A DNA stretch of 37,578 nt. Origin: Pseudomonadota bacterium (GTDB lineage Bacteria > UBA10199 > 2-02-FULL-44-16 > JAAZCA01). Position numbers and translations under genes: made by a program. Under the pieces are notes generated by a model that worked only from the letters and a program-made list of their open reading frames with translations, was not told where the DNA came from and made no database searches. Shown piece after piece: positions 9,144-18,594 of this stretch (position 1 is its first letter; each line of letters begins with the position of its first letter). Location of the stretch: positions 1 to 37,578 of the forward strand of contig JBDRBN010000061.1 in assembly GCA_043822785.1 (NCBI GenBank), in the 5' to 3' direction.

Positions 9144-10516
9144 TCGACACACATACACATGTTACTTTTCCCGAGTTTGATGATGACCGGGAAGAGGTGC
9201 TCTCCCGTGCATGGGAGGCTGGCCTTGAGTTTCTCATCGCAGTAGGGGCGGGGCAGGGACTTGATGGAAATATAAAAGCAATTGAGCTAGCAAAAAAACA
9301 CGATCGCATCTTTGCTACCGTTGGAGTTCATCCTCATGATGCAAAGGAAATGACTGACGGCTGGATAGCGAAGCTCGAAAAGTTAGCTGCTCACAAGAAG
9401 GTCGTTGCCATAGGCGAGATAGGTTTGGACTATCATTATATGCATTCGCCTAAAGAGGTGCAGATTGCGCGATTAAGAGATCTTTTGGCTTTGGCTAAGA
9501 GGGTGGATAAGCCCATCATCATACACGCGCGCGATGCGCACGAAGATGTATGGCGTGAGATGACAGAAGCAGGCGTCCCTTCCAGGGGCGGTGTGTTTCA
9601 TTGTTTTTCAGGTGATGTGGAGTTTGCAAAAAAGGTCGTGGATGCTGGCTTTCATATTTCAATACCTGGCGTGGTCACTTTTAAGAACGCAAGAGTTTTA
9701 CAGGAGGTTGTTGCAGAGATCCCGCTCGAGCGGCTTCTTTTAGAAACCGATTGTCCGTATCTTGCGCCTGTGCCCTTCAGGGGAAAGAGAAATGAGCCGG
9801 CATATGTTGTGGAAGTGGCGAAGAAGATCGCCGAGATCAAAGGGCTTGCATTTGAGGATGTGTCGCGGGTCACAACCTTAGCAGCCAAGAGGTTGTTCTC
9901 GTTACCAGGGGCAGAGCTTGAGTCCCACATTGCTTACCGCATTCGCAATTCCCTGTATCTCAATATAACCAACCGCTGCAATATGGCGTGCCGGTTCTGC
10001 CCCAAGTACGCAGACTTTGAGGTAAAGGGCTATTATCTTAAACTTGCAAAGGAGCCATCCATAGATGAGATCTTCTGCGCAATTGGAGAACCTCTAGAGT
10101 TTGATGAAGTGGTCTTTTGCGGTTATGGCGAGCCCACGCTTAGGCTGGATGTCATAAAGGAGATCGCTGCGCGCATGAAAGAGCGCGGTGTGAAAAGGAT
10201 AAGGCTTAACACCGACGGCCTTGCCAATTTAGTATATGGCCGAAACATCCTGCCTGAACTTGCAAATCTGATCGATGCGATCTCGGTATCCTTGAATGCA
10301 GCTGATGCATCCACACATGCAAAGATCTGCCCTTCAAAATACAAAGAGGCAGCTTTTGAGGCTGTGTGCGATTTTATAACAGAAGCCAAGAAATACATTT
10401 CTGAAGTTACCGCAACCGTTGTAGCCCTGCCTGATTTAGACATCAAGCCTTGCCGCAAAAAGGCCAAAGAGCTGGGAGTGCCCTTGCGCGTGCGTAAGTA
10501 TATGAATGTGGGCTGA
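9140..10516 (+). CDS. TatD-family nuclease fused to a TatD-associated radical SAM domain
   Basis: N-terminal IDTHTH, GVHPH, GEIGLDY, FHCFSG, ETDCPYLAP; C-terminal YLNITNRCNMACRFC (CxxxCxxC), EVVFCGYGEPT. Confidence 0.92.
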   Translation: MIDTHTHVTFPEFDDDREEVLSRAWEAGLEFLIAVGAGQGLDGNIKAIELAKKHDRIFATVGVHPHDAKEMTDGWIAKLEKLAAHKKVVAIGEIGLDYHYMHSPKEVQIARLRDLLALAKRVDKPIIIHARDAHEDVWREMTEAGVPSRGGVFHCFSGDVEFAKKVVDAGFHISIPGVVTFKNARVLQEVVAEIPLERLLLETDCPYLAPVPFRGKRNEPAYVVEVAKKIAEIKGLAFEDVSRVTTLAAKRLFSLPGAELESHIAYRIRNSLYLNITNRCNMACRFCPKYADFEVKGYYLKLAKEPSIDEIFCAIGEPLEFDEVVFCGYGEPTLRLDVIKEIAARMKERGVKRIRLNTDGLANLVYGRNILPELANLIDAISVSLNAADASTHAKICPSKYKEAAFEAVCDFITEAKKYISEVTATVVALPDLDIKPCRKKAKELGVPLRVRKYMNVG

Positions 10517-10521
10517 AAGCA

Positions 10522-10557
10522 GCCAGCAACGCGAGAAACGCAAGCAACGCCAGCAAC
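10522..10557 (+). repeat. Degenerate 9-mer tandem array
   Basis: GCCAGCAAC GCGAGAAAC GCAAGCAAC GCCAGCAAC just after the TatD-rSAM stop. Confidence 0.8.
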
Positions 10558-10629
10558 GTAAAACACTAAATTTTAACTTGCAAAAAACTCGTTGAAGGCA
10601 CTCTTATCGCATGCTACACGCTACCCTCC

Positions 10630-12312
10630 ATGCTCAATTCCTTAAGCATCAAGGATTTTGCCATAATCGACGAGATCGAAGTCTCTTTCGAATCTGGGTT
10701 TAATGTAATGACAGGCGAGACCGGCGCAGGCAAGACCATCATCGTAGAGGCCCTAAGGCTGGTTCTGGGCGCCCGCGCATCCACAGATATCATTCGAGCA
10801 GGTAGAGATCGCGCAAGCGTAACCGCAATATTTGACTCTTCGTCTTTGCCTCAAGCGATCAAAAAAGCCCTGGATGAATCTGGCATAGAATGTGGAGATG
10901 AGATCATCATACACCGCGTGGTGGGCGCTCAGGGAAAGGGACGCATATCTATAAACGGCGTTGCGATAAGCGTCTCGGTGCTAAAGTCTGTTGCCGAGCA
11001 TCTGGTTGACATATCCAGCCAGCACGAAAGCCAGATGCTTCTGGACGAGACAAGGCATGCTAACATGCTAGACAGCTTTGCCGGGCTTGAATCTATGTAC
11101 GAAACTTACGTTGATGCGCGCAAGATTTGGTCTGAGGCTGCACGCGAGCTTAACGCGCTAGAGGCAGACGAGAAAAACGCCAAAGAGCGCATCGATTTTT
11201 TAAGGTTTCAACAGAGCGAGCTAGACCGCGCAGATGTAAAGCCGTGCGAAGATGAAATGATCGACGAAGAGAGGGCAAGGCTCAAACATGCTGTGCTGCT
11301 TAAAGAAAGAACAAGTGCTGCCGAGTCCATATTGAGCGGCGGTGAAGCATCAGCCGCTTGTGCGATAAACAGTGTTTTGCAGATGCTATCACAGTGTGCT
11401 CCATATGAGCCAAAGACAAAGGCGTGGATAGAATCGCTTGAACGCGCGCACATCGAGCTGGATGAGGTAACCAGGGAGCTTGCCCAATACTCCGAAAACA
11501 TTGGCTCAGATCCGGTAAGGCTTGAAGAGCTGGAGGACAGGCTTCATCTTATAAAAACTCTGGTCAGAAAACACGGTGGCTCTGTTGATGCCTTAATCAA
11601 ACGCAGGCAGGACATTGCATTTGAAGTGAGCAAGGTGGAAAATTATGACAGCCTGCTCGAAGAGAAGAGAAATGGCGCCTGTGCTTTGGCAGAAAAGATG
11701 CGCGCTGCTGCTCGCGAGCTTTCAAAATCAAGAAGGCTTGCTGCAAAGGATATGAGTGTGCGCGTTGTTTCTGAACTTTTAGAGTTGGGCATGGCAAAGA
11801 TTCAGTTCTCGGTGGTCGTCGAACAAAAGGATGAAGCAGAGTGGGACGAATCAGGCCCGGACCGTGTGGAGTTTCTCATATCGCCCAACGCAGGAGAGCC
11901 CATGAGTCCGCTTGCGAAAATAGCATCAGGCGGCGAGCTTTCGCGCATCATGCTTGCCCTTAAGGGTGCGCTGGCAAAGGGCGACAGTATTCCGGACACC
12001 TCTGTATTTGATGAAGTGGATAGTGGCATTGGCGGAGCTGTGGCATCTGTTGTGGGTAAAAAGTTAAAAAGCCTTGCAGAATGCAGACAGGTCATATGCA
12101 TTACACACCTTCCTCAAGTGGCTGCTTTTGCCAAGCAGCATCTGAGAATTGAAAAGCGCGTTAAACAAGGTCGCACCATCGCATCGCTTGCAGACCTTAA
12201 CGAAAAGGACCGCGTTGCAGAAATCGCCCGCATGCTTGGAAGCGACCATGTAACTCCAGTGACGATTGCTCATGCAGAGGAGATGTTGGCGATGGCGCAC
12301 AGAAACAGCTGA
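10630..12312 (+). CDS. recN: DNA repair protein RecN
   Basis: Walker A TGETGAGKT, coiled coil, signature KIASGGELSRIMLAL, Walker B VFDEVDSGIGG, CITHLPQVA. Confidence 0.96.
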   Translation: MLNSLSIKDFAIIDEIEVSFESGFNVMTGETGAGKTIIVEALRLVLGARASTDIIRAGRDRASVTAIFDSSSLPQAIKKALDESGIECGDEIIIHRVVGAQGKGRISINGVAISVSVLKSVAEHLVDISSQHESQMLLDETRHANMLDSFAGLESMYETYVDARKIWSEAARELNALEADEKNAKERIDFLRFQQSELDRADVKPCEDEMIDEERARLKHAVLLKERTSAAESILSGGEASAACAINSVLQMLSQCAPYEPKTKAWIESLERAHIELDEVTRELAQYSENIGSDPVRLEELEDRLHLIKTLVRKHGGSVDALIKRRQDIAFEVSKVENYDSLLEEKRNGACALAEKMRAAARELSKSRRLAAKDMSVRVVSELLELGMAKIQFSVVVEQKDEAEWDESGPDRVEFLISPNAGEPMSPLAKIASGGELSRIMLALKGALAKGDSIPDTSVFDEVDSGIGGAVASVVGKKLKSLAECRQVICITHLPQVAAFAKQHLRIEKRVKQGRTIASLADLNEKDRVAEIARMLGSDHVTPVTIAHAEEMLAMAHRNS

Positions 12313-12356
12313 TACCAGATACCAGATTCGGCATCCGTCATCTGGAATTTGGCATC
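12311..12356. repeat. Degenerate 7-mer inverted array (GATACCA / TGGCATC-like)
   Basis: GATACCA GATACCA GATT ... GGCATCC GTCATCT GGAATTT GGCATC. Confidence 0.6.
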
Positions 12357-12368
12357 AAGAGGTTATTC

Positions 12369-13703
12369 ATGGATATCGAATCAGCAATAAGGGATGTCGT
12401 GGTAAGGCTTAGCGTTCAGAGCTTGGATGCTTATGAGGTGCTAGGCCTGTGTGAGGAGACGCTTACCATCGAGACAAAACAGCAGATGCTCGAGCGCATT
12501 CACCGTGCGCACAGATCAGGCATATCCATTCGCACGATAAAGGATGGGCGCATGGGATTGGCTGCAACCAAGGAGCTCACCATAAAAGCTGTGCATCAGT
12601 CCATGAAGGAAGCTCTCGATTCCATGCACAACATGGAGCCCTCGGAGGGGGCATCTCTTCCATATACTCAGGAGGAATCTGTTCTGGAGGAGAAGTGCTC
12701 AAGGCCTCTGTATGAAATATCTGAGGATGAGAAGATAAATCTGGCCAGGCGTCTGGAGAGCATTGCGCTTTCTTCTGAGAAGAAAGTGACAAAGGTCCAG
12801 CACCCTCGCTATGAAGAGGTCGCAAGAACCCTCATGGTGGTCAACTCTCACGACATTTGCGTAAAGTCACAGCGCAGCTTGGCCTCATGTGATCTCAGAG
12901 TTGTGGCTGACGATGGATATAGCGCAGAGAGCGCATATGAACTCGATTATTCCACCTCATTCGATAGGCTGGATGCCGAGCAGATTGCGCACAGAGCTGC
13001 CAAGCGCGCTGTTGCAAAACTAGGCGCCAGATCCGTACCAGGGGGAAGGTTCCCTGTGATGCTAAGCCCCAGGGCAGCAGCTGCAATGGTGAAGCTCATA
13101 TCCTCATCCTTTTTCGCTGATAATGTTCAGCGAGGCAAGTCTATCTTAAGGGGAAAGTTGGGAGAGTGCTTCTACGATCCTTCAGTCACCATAGTTGACG
13201 ACGGCCTTTTGCCAGATGGATATGCGTCGTTTCAATTTGATTGGGAAGGTGTGCCTAGGCGTAGAACTATGATGGTGAGGGACGGCACGGTTGTCTCTTG
13301 GCTGTATGATGGCGCCAGAGCTGCGCGCGATGGCGTGAAATCCACGGGCAATTGTTTACGTGCAGGTCTGACCAAACTGCCTGGCGTAGGCATAAGCAAC
13401 TGTTTTCTCAAAGCCGGATCTAATTCTTATGAATCGATGATCTCGGGTGTAGACAAAGGCGTTTTGGCAACTGATCTCTTGGGCCTTCACACTGCGAACC
13501 CCATAAGCGGGGATTTTTCCTTGGGGCTTGAAGGATTTATCATAGAAGCAGGTGCTGTAGGGGATCCAGTGCGCGGGGTTACAATCGCTGGAAATATTCA
13601 CGAACTATTCAAGAATGTGCTGTGTGTAGGAAATGATCTTGAATTCTTTGGTGCTTGCGGCGCGCCATCTCTTTTGGTTAAGGGCCTAATGCTGGGAGGT
13701 TGA
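12369..13703 (+). CDS. pmbA: TldE/PmbA-family protein
   Basis: FDWEGVP, STGNC, GLHTANPISGDFSLG, PVRGVTIAGN; lacks the TldD HExxH motif. Confidence 0.85.
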   Translation: MDIESAIRDVVVRLSVQSLDAYEVLGLCEETLTIETKQQMLERIHRAHRSGISIRTIKDGRMGLAATKELTIKAVHQSMKEALDSMHNMEPSEGASLPYTQEESVLEEKCSRPLYEISEDEKINLARRLESIALSSEKKVTKVQHPRYEEVARTLMVVNSHDICVKSQRSLASCDLRVVADDGYSAESAYELDYSTSFDRLDAEQIAHRAAKRAVAKLGARSVPGGRFPVMLSPRAAAAMVKLISSSFFADNVQRGKSILRGKLGECFYDPSVTIVDDGLLPDGYASFQFDWEGVPRRRTMMVRDGTVVSWLYDGARAARDGVKSTGNCLRAGLTKLPGVGISNCFLKAGSNSYESMISGVDKGVLATDLLGLHTANPISGDFSLGLEGFIIEAGAVGDPVRGVTIAGNIHELFKNVLCVGNDLEFFGACGAPSLLVKGLMLGG

Positions 13704-13779
13704 GCTGTCGGGAAATTTTCGCTTTTCAAGGTGAAAAAACAATTTATAATAAAGCGTTATGTCATCGTGAGGCTAAGAA

Positions 13780-14601
13780 ATGCGCATAAAATCTTTTGGA
13801 ATCTCTGATGTAGGCAAGCGCCGTGAAAAGAACGAAGATAGCTATTTAGCTAATGATGTTCTGGGCCTCTATACCGTAGCAGATGGAATGGGCGGCCATC
13901 TTGGCGGAGATATTGCCAGCGGTCTTGCTGCCACGACTATCGAGGAAGTTGTCAAAGGGTTTGAATCTGACCCTGAAATGACCCTGCAGGAGGGCGTACA
14001 CATAAAGCAGGGCGAATATCAGGCATATCTGCGCTATGCCCTCAAACTCTCCAGCAGAAGAATCTATGAGAAAGCTCACGATGAAGAGAATTTAAACGGC
14101 ATGGGTACGACCGCTGTATCTCTCTTGTTCCGTAACAATAAGGTCTATATCGCGAATGTCGGCGATTCTCGCGCATACCGGATAAGGGAGGACGAGATTT
14201 CACAGATCACAAAAGACCATTCCCTGGTCGGCGAGCAGATGCGCGCTGGTATTCTCACCCAAGAGGAGGCAAGGGCGAGCCGCCTTAAAAATATCATAAC
14301 CCGTTCTGTAGGATTTCAGGAAGAGGTGGATGCTGATATTGATATCAGGGTGGTCCGCGAAGGGGACCGGTATCTGCTTTGTTCAGATGGACTCAGCAAT
14401 ATGTTGGATGATGAAGAGATCTGCGATGTCGTCACGACAAATGACTTAGAAGAGGCGTGCAAAAGGCTTGTGGACGTCGCTAACGAGAGGGGCGGCGAGG
14501 ATAATATCACAGTGGTTTTGGCCCAGGTCGAGTCTCTTGACGACGAAGATACCCTGTCTGAAGGTGGAGCAGCGCCGGATGACACGACCGTTGAGCTTTG
14601 A
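13780..14601 (+). CDS. PP2C-family Ser/Thr protein phosphatase (Stp1/PrpC-like)
   Basis: SDVGKRREKNED, VADGMGGH, GMGTT, ANVGDSRAY, LLCSDGL, RGGEDNIT. Confidence 0.93.
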   Translation: MRIKSFGISDVGKRREKNEDSYLANDVLGLYTVADGMGGHLGGDIASGLAATTIEEVVKGFESDPEMTLQEGVHIKQGEYQAYLRYALKLSSRRIYEKAHDEENLNGMGTTAVSLLFRNNKVYIANVGDSRAYRIREDEISQITKDHSLVGEQMRAGILTQEEARASRLKNIITRSVGFQEEVDADIDIRVVREGDRYLLCSDGLSNMLDDEEICDVVTTNDLEEACKRLVDVANERGGEDNITVVLAQVESLDDEDTLSEGGAAPDDTTVEL

Positions 14602-14648
14602 ATCTCATATATGATGTAAATTCAATAAGTTGGCTAGCTGTTCTGTTG

Positions 14649-14677
14649 TTGACACCCCAAATTGGGTTTGTTAATCA
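14649..14677 (+). promoter_or_regulatory. sigma70-like promoter for the M23 peptidase gene
   Basis: TTGACA-N17-TAATCA with TG extended -10. Confidence 0.55.
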
Positions 14678-14739
14678 TAAACGTTAATAACAGTTATTAA
14701 TCTATTCCTTATATCAATCAGTCAAAACGGATCTGAATT

Positions 14740-15699
14740 TTGCATAATAACGATACCACAAAGAGACCGGCGGAGCGATTTAGTATACTGATTATCCCCC
14801 GCAATAGATCCAAGACTAGACGTTTTGAGGTCTCGATCGCATCCCTCAAATTTATGATGGGCGGTGTTATCCTTTTTGCGGTGGTTCTTTTTGCTTCCAT
14901 CATTGCGATGTTTGGCTATCGCGGTGCTTACTTAGGAACTGAGGACGTGCGCGTAAAGGCTGCAAGGCATATGCAAGAGCGCGCAACCATCATAAATAAG
15001 CTTGGCGAACTGGAACAGGCAATAGCTCGTACTGAGCGTTTTGCTGCAAAAATAGAGGCTTCTACCAGTGCTGGCACTACAGGCCGCGTAGGTGAGGGAC
15101 CAGTGGCAGAGCAGGATGCGTTACCCGAAGTGTCAACTGCAGCGCCTCAAAGCCTAAGCAAAGGGATATGGAAGTCACCATTCTCAGGATCTCTAACAAA
15201 AGGACTTTCTCTGGCGCTTGATAAGCTTTCCGAACGTTCAGGCCTTGTGGAGGAAAAGCTTCATACTCTGTTTTCAAAGCAACAGGATAAATTATATTTT
15301 TGGGCATCCCTTCCTTCAAAGTGGCCAGCGCGCGGATGGATAACATCTGTTTTTGGTTCAAAGCGCGGGTGGGGCGGCAGGAGTCGCATTCATGAAGGCA
15401 TCGACATCGCTGCCCCTAGAGGTACGCCCGTAGTTGCTCCTGGCGATGGTATTGTTACATACACAGGCTATCAAGGTGGCTATGGCAAGACCATTATGAT
15501 CGATCACGGGTATGGCATCTCTACACGCTATGCACACTGTTCTATGTTATATGTTGACGAAGGACAACGAGTGAAGAGAGGCAGCCTTATTGCGTCTATC
15601 GGGAACACCGGGCGATCCACAGGGCCGCATCTCCATTACGAGGTTCACGTTGATGGTGTTCCAATAGATCCTATGCTTTATCTTGCAAGCAATATGTAA
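14740..15699 (+). CDS. M23-family peptidoglycan endopeptidase with N-terminal TM and coiled coil
   Basis: HEGIDIAAPRGTPV, YAHCS, GRSTGPHLHYEV; TTG start uncertain. The M23-secA order is common. Confidence 0.9.
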   Translation: MHNNDTTKRPAERFSILIIPRNRSKTRRFEVSIASLKFMMGGVILFAVVLFASIIAMFGYRGAYLGTEDVRVKAARHMQERATIINKLGELEQAIARTERFAAKIEASTSAGTTGRVGEGPVAEQDALPEVSTAAPQSLSKGIWKSPFSGSLTKGLSLALDKLSERSGLVEEKLHTLFSKQQDKLYFWASLPSKWPARGWITSVFGSKRGWGGRSRIHEGIDIAAPRGTPVVAPGDGIVTYTGYQGGYGKTIMIDHGYGISTRYAHCSMLYVDEGQRVKRGSLIASIGNTGRSTGPHLHYEVHVDGVPIDPMLYLASNM

Positions 15700-15725
15700 G
15701 GATGATGGCTTGATGTACGAACGCT

Positions 15726-15753
15726 AAGGCCGCACCTCATGCGGCCTTTTTTT
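15726..15753 (+). terminator. Intrinsic terminator-like hairpin between the M23 gene and secA
   Basis: AAGGCCGCA-CCTCA-TGCGGCCTT followed by a T run. Confidence 0.75.
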
Positions 15754-15765
15754 GAGGCTTTCTAA

Positions 15766-18441
15766 ATGATATCAGGCATTCTCAAAAAAATATTTGGCAC
15801 AAAGAACGAGCGTGAGCTTAAGCGCATGCAGCCCATCGTTCTGAAGATCAATTCTCTTGAGCCTGAGATCCAGGCGCTTTCCGATGAGCAGCTGCGCGCC
15901 AAGACAGATGAGTTCAAGGCGCGTCTGGCTAGTGGCGAAACTTTAGATGACATTCTTCCCGAAGCTTTTGCAGTGGTGCGTGAGGCAGCCAAGCGCGTTC
16001 TGGAGATGCGACACTTTGACATGCAGCTCATAGGCGGCATTGTTCTGTACCGCGGCCATATTGCCGAGATGAAAACCGGTGAGGGCAAGACTCTGGTGGC
16101 TACGCTGCCTGTGTACCTCAATGCCCTGGAGGGCAAGGGCGTGCACGTGATTACGGTCAATGACTACCTGGCACGACGCGACTCTGAATGGATGGGCGCA
16201 GTTTACAAGTTTTTGGGGCTTACTGTCGGTGTTATAGTTCACGGACTTGACGACGAGGAGCGCAAAGAGGCCTATGGCGCAGATGTAACCTATGGCACCA
16301 ACAACGAGTTTGGCTTTGACTACCTGCGTGACAACATGAAGTTCGAAGCCAGCCAGTTTGTGCAGCGCCCGCTAAATTACTGCATAGTGGATGAAGTGGA
16401 CTCAGTGCTCATCGACGAAGCGCGCACCCCGCTCATCATCTCAGGTGCTGCGGAACAGTCCACAGAGATGTACTACATCATCAACGGCATCATCCCCTAT
16501 CTCAAGAAAGAGAAGCACTTCACTATAGATGAGAAATCCAAGTCAGCTGTGCTCACCGAAGATGGCGTTGCCGAGGTCGAACACAGGCTCAACATAAAAA
16601 ATCTCTATGATCCCCAAAACATAACCGTGCTTCACCACGTAAACCAGGCTTTGCGCGCGCACTCGTTGTTTAAGCTTGATGTAGATTATGTAGTGAAGAA
16701 TGGAGAAGTCATTATAGTGGATGAGTTTACGGGCCGGCTTATGCCTGGCAGGCGTTGGAGTGATGGTTTGCATCAGGCAATTGAGGCTAAAGAGGGTGTT
16801 AGAATTGAGAATGAAAACCAGACCCTGGCTACCATCACGTTCCAGAATTATTTCAGGATGTATAAAAAGCTCGCAGGCATGACCGGAACCGCTGATACCG
16901 AGGCGCCAGAATTTGCCAAGATCTATAATCTGGACGTCAACGTTATTCCTACGCACATGCCTATGATACGCGATGACATGCCTGATCACATATATAAAAC
17001 CGAAGAAGCAAAGTTTAATGCATGCGTGAAGCACATAACGGACCTGCACGAAAAAGGGCAGCCTATTCTTGTGGGTACGATCTCCATCGAGAAATCTGAG
17101 ACGCTCTCGAAGATGCTCAAGCGCTATGGTTTAAACCACCACGTACTCAACGCAAAACAGCACGATCGAGAGGCAGAGATCGTGGCCCAGGCAGGTAGGA
17201 AAGCAGCGATTACCATTTCCACCAACATGGCAGGCCGTGGCACTGATATCATGCTCGGGGGCAACCCTGCTTTTATGGCTAGGGATGAAGTAGGCCACGA
17301 TGCTTCTCCAGAGGAATATGCCCGCGTTCTTAAAGAATATAAAGAACGCTGCGAAGCTGAAAAAAGAGAAGTGATTAATGCGGGCGGGCTTTTCATCATG
17401 GGCACGGAGCGGCACGAGAGCAGGCGCATTGACAACCAGCTGCGGGGAAGATCAGGAAGACAGGGCGATCCAGGCGCGAGCAGGTTCTATCTTTCGCTCG
17501 AGGACGATCTTCTCAGAATCTTTGGCGGGGAGCGCATATCAGGCCTTATGGAAAGGATGGGCATGGGTGAGGAGGATGAGATACAGCATCCTTGGCTCAC
17601 GCGCGCTATTGCAAATGCACAGAAGAAGGTGGAGGGACACAACTTTCAGATCAGAAAGAACCTTTTGGAGTTCGATGATGTGATGAACCAGCAGCGCCAT
17701 ACTGTTTATGGCAGGCGCCGCGATATACTCACAAAGGAAAGCAGCAAGGACATGGTCCTCGACATGATCGACCAGATGACCACGCAAATAGTCGAGGAAT
17801 GCGTGCCAGAGAAGATAGACGAAGAATTCGATACCAAGCCTTTGGAGGAGCGCCTTCTCATTGCTTTTAACATGCCACTTTCCATGATCGGCATTCCTGT
17901 TGAACTCAAAACACAGGAGGAGATCGGCTCTTATATATACGATAAGGTTTGCGCCCATTATGAAGAGCGGGAGAAGGTAAATGGGCCTCTGGTGATGAGA
18001 AAGGTAGAGACGATCCTTTTGCTTCAGACGCTAGATGGCCTTTGGAAGGATAACCTCCTTTCCATGGATCATCTAAAAGAGGGCATTGGACTGCGGGGTT
18101 ATGGACAGAAGGATCCTCTGCTCGAGTACAAGAAGGAGGGATTTCTTCTATTTCGCAACATGATGAATAAGTTTGTCGAGGATTCGGTGAACAAGCTCTA
18201 CCGAGTACAGGTCTCAACCGAAGAGAGCCTTGAACGCGCTGAAGAAAGGGGAAGGACGCACCAGCCTGTTCAAGTCTCACATGAATCTAAGTCTGCGTTC
18301 GACGCTTCTGCTCCTGCGGAGTCGCGTGGTGATCATGGCAGGCGTGCAGGCACGGTGCGCAGAGAAGCACCAAAGGTAGGCCGCAATGACCCCTGCCCCT
18401 GCGGCAGCGGAAAGAAGTATAAGAAGTGTTGTGGAAAATAG
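15766..18441 (+). CDS. secA: Preprotein translocase ATPase SecA
   Basis: [74 protein letters not shown]. Confidence 0.99.
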   Translation: MISGILKKIFGTKNERELKRMQPIVLKINSLEPEIQALSDEQLRAKTDEFKARLASGETLDDILPEAFAVVREAAKRVLEMRHFDMQLIGGIVLYRGHIAEMKTGEGKTLVATLPVYLNALEGKGVHVITVNDYLARRDSEWMGAVYKFLGLTVGVIVHGLDDEERKEAYGADVTYGTNNEFGFDYLRDNMKFEASQFVQRPLNYCIVDEVDSVLIDEARTPLIISGAAEQSTEMYYIINGIIPYLKKEKHFTIDEKSKSAVLTEDGVAEVEHRLNIKNLYDPQNITVLHHVNQALRAHSLFKLDVDYVVKNGEVIIVDEFTGRLMPGRRWSDGLHQAIEAKEGVRIENENQTLATITFQNYFRMYKKLAGMTGTADTEAPEFAKIYNLDVNVIPTHMPMIRDDMPDHIYKTEEAKFNACVKHITDLHEKGQPILVGTISIEKSETLSKMLKRYGLNHHVLNAKQHDREAEIVAQAGRKAAITISTNMAGRGTDIMLGGNPAFMARDEVGHDASPEEYARVLKEYKERCEAEKREVINAGGLFIMGTERHESRRIDNQLRGRSGRQGDPGASRFYLSLEDDLLRIFGGERISGLMERMGMGEEDEIQHPWLTRAIANAQKKVEGHNFQIRKNLLEFDDVMNQQRHTVYGRRRDILTKESSKDMVLDMIDQMTTQIVEECVPEKIDEEFDTKPLEERLLIAFNMPLSMIGIPVELKTQEEIGSYIYDKVCAHYEEREKVNGPLVMRKVETILLLQTLDGLWKDNLLSMDHLKEGIGLRGYGQKDPLLEYKKEGFLLFRNMMNKFVEDSVNKLYRVQVSTEESLERAEERGRTHQPVQVSHESKSAFDASAPAESRGDHGRRAGTVRREAPKVGRNDPCPCGSGKKYKKCCGK

Positions 18442-18554
18442 AAAACAGCCAGCAACGCGAGAAAGGCCAGCAATGCCAGCAAAGCAAACAACGCAAAACG
18501 ATGATTTTCCACATTGTTTGCTTTTCTAGCGTTGCTTGCTTTGCTTGCTGTTTT
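18442..18554. repeat. Full 9-mer-array palindrome (forward array + inverted array)
   Basis: AAAACA-GCCAGCAAC GCGAGAAAG GCCAGCAAT GCCAGCAAA GCAAACAAC ... ATTGTTTGC TTTTCTAGC GTTGCTTGC TTTGCTTGC-TGTTTT. Confidence 0.85.
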
Positions 18555-18594
18555 TATTTGGTTAGTTATTCGTATATGATAGAATAACTTTGAT

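Noticed and set aside
18442..18554. 9-mer arrays as a CRISPR array
   Set aside because: Units are 9 nt, contiguous and degenerate with no unique spacers; no cas genes in the window.
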